From a virus (lineage: Duplodnaviria > Caudoviricetes), in the IMG/VR virus record IMGVR_UViG_3300025648_000817, positions 1 through 42,136 of that record: a stretch of DNA of 42,136 bases, one strand, 5' to 3'. This document shows positions 36,882 through 42,136 of the stretch, in pieces. The number at the start of each line of letters is the position of its first letter. Within the stretch, counting starts at the first letter, position 1. Both the position numbers and the translations under genes were made by a program. Below the pieces are notes generated by a model. That model had not been told where the DNA came from, ran no database searches, and saw only the letters and a program-made list of their open reading frames with translations.

Positions 36882-37325
36882 TTATTTATAGTTTTTGACG
36901 GCTTCTAATCTTGCTAACCATCCTGCTAAGAATTTAGTTTGAGTCTTATCTGTAGCATATCTTTCATATAATACTTTTCTTAAATTATAAAATGAATCAA
37001 AATTTCCTTTACTTTCAATATGTAATATCTTGGCTGTATTAACACCTAAATTAACAGCAGAGTCGAAAACCATTAAACTAAGTCTAAAATCATTAATTTT
37101 ATCAGCTCCAGAGGTCAACCAGTAGTTCTTATAATATATCTCTGATACTTCACTATCAGTTATTCCTTTTACGCTCTGAATGGGCTTACTGTTTATCCTA
37201 CGATAAGCATTATAAGTAGATTGAGTTATACCATGATTAGTGGCTCCACCCTTATCGTCTTTATTATCAGAAAATCCACCTTCAGCTTTTAATACAAATT
37301 GTAATGCTTTATTAAAATTATCCAT
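36882..37325 (-). CDS. Endolysin, glycoside hydrolase family 108
   Basis: EGGFSDNKDDKGGATNHGIT, IYYKNYW, FDSAVNLG, FLAGWLAR. Confidence 0.92.
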   Translation of the reverse strand: MDNFNKALQFVLKAEGGFSDNKDDKGGATNHGITQSTYNAYRRINSKPIQSVKGITDSEVSEIYYKNYWLTSGADKINDFRLSLMVFDSAVNLGVNTAKILHIESKGNFDSFYNLRKVLYERYATDKTQTKFLAGWLARLEAVKNYK

Positions 37326-37836
37326 TAATTAGTTCCCTATCTTTAAAGTATTCCTGTAAATCTGCTGGCGTTATAAGAGAATAAGGTATTTTAAACTCAT
37401 AACATATATCAAATGACTCAGAGCATGCTGCTACATATTCACTACAGACCATCCCGACGGCAGCAGGAATTTTTAATCCCATTAATCTATCACCCACATC
37501 ATCGGCAAGTTGTGTAAATGAATAACCAGGATTAAATTTAACATAGTATTCAAGTCTATTTATGTTTAATGGATATTCATAAATTAATAAAGGATTTTTA
37601 TTATCTCTGTTGTATTCTTCTACGGAATATTTTCTAACACCATTCCATTTAGCATGGCTCTCATATATATTATTGTTTGCTATTGCAAAAGCATGGCTTG
37701 CTAATTTTTCTATTGGAATATCATTATATACTTTATGTTGTATTTCTTGTATTGCTTTAGCTATTAAAGAATTTCCAATCTCAAGACATACATACTGTTT
37801 GTTGATATTCAATTTAGAGGTATCTATAAGAGTCAT
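37318..37836 (-). CDS. Permuted papain-like NlpC/P60 (YiiX/YebB-like) protein
   Basis: N-terminal SHAFA..IYES (His), GYSF, C-terminal VCSEYVA (Cys), ITPADL; start MTLID after GGAGG. Confidence 0.75.
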   Translation of the reverse strand: MTLIDTSKLNINKQYVCLEIGNSLIAKAIQEIQHKVYNDIPIEKLASHAFAIANNNIYESHAKWNGVRKYSVEEYNRDNKNPLLIYEYPLNINRLEYYVKFNPGYSFTQLADDVGDRLMGLKIPAAVGMVCSEYVAACSESFDICYEFKIPYSLITPADLQEYFKDRELING

Positions 37837-37870
37837 AAAGCCTCCTTTGCTATTAACTAGATACAAACAC

Positions 37871-37896
37871 AAAGGACACTTTTTTAAGTGTCCTTT
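37871..37896 (-). terminator. Stem-loop upstream of the lysis pair
   Basis: AAAGGACACTT-tttt-AAGTGTCCTTT 11-bp stem; weak U-tract. Confidence 0.45.
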
Positions 37897-37905
37897 AAAC
37901 TGATT

Positions 37906-38085
37906 CTATGAGTTACTTGTTTTATCATTTGGTAGTATTTCTATAAAATCTTTACATAAGGGTCTTATTTTGGTATCATCTAGGAACTCTGAATAAGATT
38001 GGTTTTTATCTGGAATACTTTTGTACCTATAACATAAACTTTTCTTTGGACAAAGACTAGATGCACACATTTTAAAGTTTGGCAT
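37906..38085 (-). CDS. Small Cys-containing phage protein (59 aa)
   Basis: MPNFKMCASSLCPKKSLCYRY...QSY; AGGAG RBS. Confidence 0.6.
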   Translation of the reverse strand: MPNFKMCASSLCPKKSLCYRYKSIPDKNQSYSEFLDDTKIRPLCKDFIEILPNDKTSNS

Positions 38086-38258
38086 TTATTCTCCTTTTCT
38101 TATGCTATTATATCATTTAAATCTATTGGAGCTAAAGCTAAAGTTTCTATTTCTTCATTTTTTCTATGTTTATAGTTATTTAGAGCATATTGAATATCAG
38201 CATAATTATAGTAGATTTGTTTAGTTCCTTTAAAACGATAAACTATTTCTTCCATTAA

Positions 38259-38471
38259 TCACCGCCCATAAATTAATCTATTAAACCAATTATCTTTCTT
38301 ATAGAAGTTACACCATTCAAGTGGCTGTGTGGTTTCTAATCTAACCATTGGTGTATCTGTTGCTAACATACAGAGTGCAATACATTTATCAAGATACAAA
38401 CAATTGTTACATAAGTCGCAGTCGCAGTTAATATCGTAAAAATTCCCAAACTCATCATACTCTATAAACAC
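38259..38471 (-). CDS. Small Cys-rich protein
   Basis: CDCDLCNNCLYLDKC; GTG start with AAGGA RBS. Confidence 0.5.
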   Translation of the reverse strand: MFIEYDEFGNFYDINCDCDLCNNCLYLDKCIALCMLATDTPMVRLETTQPLEWCNFYKKDNWFNRLIYGR

Positions 38472-38482
38472 TTTATTCCTTT

Positions 38483-39703
38483 CTATATCACTACACTGAA
38501 TATTACATTATTTTTATGAAGTTTTGTAGCACTTTTTGCATTATAAGATTGCAATTCTTTTATAATGTCATATCCTTCAATGTCATCTACGTTTTGTAAG
38601 TCTATAACAATTCCATCTCTGGATTTATTATCATAAAAAATATAAATATTTTGAGAGGCTCTTCCTACCAATCCAAGTTCTTGTTCGTTATATGTGTTAG
38701 AGCCGCAGAGGGAAGCACTACGAGCTGAATAATTACTAACGTTTGCACAGTGCACATGACCATAAATAATGTAATCAATTATAGTTCCTTTCTGAGCATA
38801 AGCTCCGAATTTTAACTGAACTGCTGTTTGTGTATTATTTTTGGTTAATGATCCATCGCCATGAAGTAAAACTATATTTTGCCCCACAATATTAATAAGT
38901 TTTTCTTTATTACTTCCAGTGGCAAAAGTTATCCCTTTACTCTCCATAAATTGTATTTTGAGCATATTTTCAATTACAGAATCAAAATTATCGGAAGCAA
39001 TTATTTCAGAATAACTATGTTCTTTTTCTATTCTTGATTCATTACCAGTAACAGAGGCAATCATAATATTAAAATCTTGATTTAAGTCAAGTATAAATTG
39101 TTTAAGCAAAAAGAAAGCAAGTACGGAAGCATTAGCTCTATTTGTAGCTTGATTTAATAATTCATCCAATCTTCTATTAGAGTTCAATAAATCGCCTGTA
39201 AGGGCTAATAAAATATTGTTGATACCAAGTGCCTTAAAGTATATTTTAGATTTAATAGCGAGCAACTTAAGACGCTTAGAAGCCACATTAAAATCATATC
39301 TATTGCCAACAATATCAATAAGTTCATTAAAGTGAGTATCAGATAATTGGATTAAACCGCATGTTTTTGTGTTTAATTCTTCATGCTTTAAGGTAATACA
39401 TCTTTGTTTTTTGAGGGCTTCAATGAGTTCTTTGTTATAAGCTTCAAAAGCATTAGAAACACGAGCTGATTCCCTAAAAGCTTTTCTTTCTATTCTATTA
39501 ATATCTGCATACTTTTGAGTTTGATACTTGTAATCAATATTCTTTTCAACAAGCTCTTTATCAGCTATTTCTTTACCTTGTTGCCTTACTTGTTTAAATA
39601 CAGCTTCTATTGAACTTTTAGTATATCCTTCTGGAATACCATCTTGCATTTTAAGCCTGAGATCATCTCTTGTCTGGATGCCATTAAAATAAGATAAGTC
39701 CAT
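38483..39703 (-). CDS. Calcineurin-like metallophosphoesterase
   Basis: LSDTH, GDLL, GNES, LLHGD, GHVH motifs. Confidence 0.85.
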   Translation of the reverse strand: MDLSYFNGIQTRDDLRLKMQDGIPEGYTKSSIEAVFKQVRQQGKEIADKELVEKNIDYKYQTQKYADINRIERKAFRESARVSNAFEAYNKELIEALKKQRCITLKHEELNTKTCGLIQLSDTHFNELIDIVGNRYDFNVASKRLKLLAIKSKIYFKALGINNILLALTGDLLNSNRRLDELLNQATNRANASVLAFFLLKQFILDLNQDFNIMIASVTGNESRIEKEHSYSEIIASDNFDSVIENMLKIQFMESKGITFATGSNKEKLINIVGQNIVLLHGDGSLTKNNTQTAVQLKFGAYAQKGTIIDYIIYGHVHCANVSNYSARSASLCGSNTYNEQELGLVGRASQNIYIFYDNKSRDGIVIDLQNVDDIEGYDIIKELQSYNAKSATKLHKNNVIFSVVI

Positions 39704-39729
39704 ATATTCTCCTTATGTTAACTACCGCC

Positions 39730-40284
39730 TTAATTATTTAATTCTATAGTATTCTCAACTTGGTTTCCAAACACATCCCAGTCATCATGTGATTGCCTTG
39801 CAAACATCTCTAATCTTGGTATATCACCATAAAGTTGTACAATTCTGTTTCTTGCTTCATCTGGTTTTTTGCTATGCTCTTGTCGTGGTGAAATTATAAT
39901 ACTTGAAATGGAATTACTCACTGGTTTCATCTTACCCTTAATACCAAGTAAACATACTTCCGCATTGGATTTTGTATAGTATCCTACTCCAAAAAAAGGT
40001 TTATTATTTCTGGGATTTGTTTTAACCCATGTAAATCCTACAGTCTTGTATTTAAATCCCCAGTGTTCAAAAAGTTTAATTTGTTCGTTTAGATAAGGAA
40101 AAGTACACCACATAAATAATGCGCAATTTACATCAGATAATTCATTAATAGGCAAGTTTTTTATCTCTTGCATAGTCATTAAATCATAATGACCGCTTGC
40201 TCCTCCCCTAAATCTAGTTTTATGATTAGCCCTAGGATTATATTTCCAGGGTGGATCAGCATAAATAATAGAATATTTTTTCAT
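39730..40284 (-). CDS. MT-A70 family adenine methyltransferase
   Basis: IIYADPPW, LFMWCT, FTWVK, EVCLLG.KG, EHSKKPD, LEMFAR. Confidence 0.93.
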   Translation of the reverse strand: MKKYSIIYADPPWKYNPRANHKTRFRGGASGHYDLMTMQEIKNLPINELSDVNCALFMWCTFPYLNEQIKLFEHWGFKYKTVGFTWVKTNPRNNKPFFGVGYYTKSNAEVCLLGIKGKMKPVSNSISSIIISPRQEHSKKPDEARNRIVQLYGDIPRLEMFARQSHDDWDVFGNQVENTIELNN

Positions 40285-40392
40285 ATTATTTCCTTATTTA
40301 TCTACTATTTAAATACTATCATAGATAAATAGATAAGTAAATAATACTTATTCCAAATGTTACGATTAGTAAATACAATACTTCAAGTTGCA

Positions 40393-40821
40393 TTATGGAC
40401 ACCCTTTAAACATTTTCAAAAACATGTCTATTATTCTGTTCTCTGACTCAGTAATACGTTCTGGAATAGCATCAATCTTACTCTCTAATTTGTCTATTAT
40501 TCCTTCAATAGAACAAATTTCTTTATCAAATACATCTTTCAAAACATATAAGCTTAAATCTTCATTTATTTTATTTATTTCATTCATTAAATCATCATGA
40601 GTTTTTATTGATTTATTATTTAATTCTTCTTTATAATGTTCAATTATTTCAAATTTAGCCAATTTATCTTGTTCATATATTTTAATTGGTACATAAGATG
40701 TTTGTAGGTATTTTTTAAGAGCATATCCTATTACAAAAATTATTCCTATTGCAAATATTACAACAAGCGGTAAATTTCTAATTATAGTTCCAAAAATTAC
40801 ACTAATTATTGCTGATTCCAT
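40393..40821 (-). CDS. Membrane-anchored coiled-coil protein (holin/spanin candidate)
   Basis: N-terminal TM (LPLVVIFAIGIIFVIGYAL) plus coiled coil. Confidence 0.45.
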   Translation of the reverse strand: MESAIISVIFGTIIRNLPLVVIFAIGIIFVIGYALKKYLQTSYVPIKIYEQDKLAKFEIIEHYKEELNNKSIKTHDDLMNEINKINEDLSLYVLKDVFDKEICSIEGIIDKLESKIDAIPERITESENRIIDMFLKMFKGCP

Positions 40822-40824
40822 GAG

Positions 40825-41244
40825 TTATTTTTCCTTTAGATATTCTATAACACAATCTACTTTTTTATGCAAAAGAAGTAAAGAAAGTTCACTACGTTTA
40901 TTTACTTCAGAATCTTGTCGAGTATCCCAAATCAACTGTTCCATTATTCTATTACCTCCCTGCTGAATGAAGATATTTCCGTAGATAGCCCATAAAGATA
41001 TAACCATAGTATAAAGCATATACGGATAAGGATCAAAAGCTACTTGTTTAATAGAGTTAAACCCTAACCAAATAATTGTAATTGCAGTAAACCAATTAAA
41101 CCAACACCAAGAACCTAAAAAGCTTGTGACTTTATCAGTTATTTTTTGACCTATAGTTAAAGCTTGTTTTGGTGGGATTATATTTACCTGACAGGAAAGT
41201 TCTCTAATCTTTTCATCTAAAATTTCTTTATATTCTTTACTCAT
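40825..41244 (-). CDS. DUF1003-family membrane protein
   Basis: GQKITDKVTSFLGSW.WF...W...N....FDPYPY. Confidence 0.85.
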   Translation of the reverse strand: MSKEYKEILDEKIRELSCQVNIIPPKQALTIGQKITDKVTSFLGSWCWFNWFTAITIIWLGFNSIKQVAFDPYPYMLYTMVISLWAIYGNIFIQQGGNRIMEQLIWDTRQDSEVNKRSELSLLLLHKKVDCVIEYLKEK

Positions 41245-41603
41245 TGAATTAATTTCCTTAACTCTATGGCTTGATTTTCAACATCTTGTATTTTCTGAAA
41301 AGCTACTGTATGAAGTAATGTAGGATTGTTTAAAGCAAATTCTCTTTGATAGCGTGTAGAAATTGACTGGAAGTCTAAATCACTAAGTTGCTTATAGATA
41401 CCACTATTTATTACTTGATTATTAATGTTATTTTTGTCTGCATAATCCTGTAATTCTTGCAGAGTAGGCTGAGGAATATCAGTAATATTCCATTCTTTTA
41501 TATAATCCCCATTGTCATCGGAATCATTTTGTATCCGAACATCTTTCCTGAAATCCAGAGAACGTCCTACATATTTTTCTATCGTGTAACACAAATTATC
41601 CAT
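41241..41603 (-). CDS. XkdW-like tail fibre chaperone/accessory protein
   Basis: DVRIQNDSDDNGDYIKEWN..IPQPTLQEL; directly downstream of the fibre. Confidence 0.75.
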   Translation of the reverse strand: MDNLCYTIEKYVGRSLDFRKDVRIQNDSDDNGDYIKEWNITDIPQPTLQELQDYADKNNINNQVINSGIYKQLSDLDFQSISTRYQREFALNNPTLLHTVAFQKIQDVENQAIELRKLIQ

Positions 41604-42136
41604 TATTTATCCCTTATGCCGAATGTATTGAAAAAAAAGAAAGAGTACTATTGAGTGCTACTGCACCACCAGAGTTTTGATAAGCATACACTTGAAAATA
41701 ACCTCCAGTTGTAACTTGTACCCATTTGCCTATCATGATAGAAGTACCAAAACCATTAGCAGCTTGTATCTGTTCGCCGCATAAAGCAGCTCCATTGTAG
41801 TAGATATCTACTACCCTGCCACCTGTTGCATTTGACCCATAATACAGGTCTACCTGTACGAATACTTCTGTAACTCCAGCTGGTACAGTCCATTTGTAAT
41901 TACCTGCCGTATTTGTGTAAGCGGAATAAACGTCAGTTCCTACGGTACTAAAAGCACATAAAACATATGTAGTATTCGCTATACTTTGATTTGTGCCTAA
42001 TGCAGCAGAAAAAACCTCTCTTAATGCACCTTGTTTAGTAGTATCAGAAGCATGTATATGATCTGCTCTTGCTACAGTAGTTAAAGAACCCACAGAAGCA
42101 GTACTATTCATTTTTATATTAGATGCAGATGTTTCA
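41533..42136. repeat. Terminal direct repeat / circular overlap, copy B
   Basis: Matches 1-604 with 27 substitutions. Confidence 0.97.
41614..42136 (-). CDS. 3' part of the long fibre gene, allele B of the C1q-like tip (truncated by the window end)
   Basis: Same frame as 82-604; 19 amino-acid differences. Confidence 0.85.
   Translation of the reverse strand, partial: ETSASNIKMNSTASVGSLTTVARADHIHASDTTKQGALREVFSAALGTNQSIANTTYVLCAFSTVGTDVYSAYTNTAGNYKWTVPAGVTEVFVQVDLYYGSNATGGRVVDIYYNGAALCGEQIQAANGFGTSIMIGKWVQVTTGGYFQVYAYQNSGGAVALNSTLSFFSIHSA

Noticed and set aside
1-42136. Complete cis-encoded DGR (RT + template repeat + accessory gene)
   Set aside because: No ORF with RT motifs was recognised, no third A-rich copy of the tip was found by eye, and neither terminal copy is consistently A at the variable sites

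Overview
A near-complete, AT-rich dsDNA bacteriophage genome with podovirus-like (P22-type) organisation, about 41.5 kb per unit. Window positions 1-604 and 41533-42136 are two versions of the same sequence, so the contig closes into a circle. The minus-strand late arm runs terS, terL, portal, glycosyltransferase, small basic peptides, scaffold, capsid, adaptor, nozzle, Q-rich ejection proteins, then several fibre/adhesin genes. It continues across the junction into XkdW-like and DUF1003 genes, an MT-A70 methyltransferase, a metallophosphoesterase, a permuted NlpC/P60 protein and a GH108 lysin. An early plus-strand array (24.3-27.2 kb) has stereotyped RBS cassettes and a Flp-type prepilin. A minus-strand replication trio encodes an initiator, a RepB-type primase and a DnaB-like helicase. 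A plus-strand middle region has two paralogous tandem-repeat proteins, a RuvC-like resolvase and a dATP/dGTP diphosphohydrolase. I could not recognise an integrase, repressor, polymerase or reverse transcriptase. The most striking signal is that the two terminal copies differ at 27 positions, all within the C1q/TNF-like tip domain of the long fibre, changing 19 amino acids with only 2 silent codon changes and no RT or template repeat visible. All product calls come from motif recognition and synteny, not database searches.
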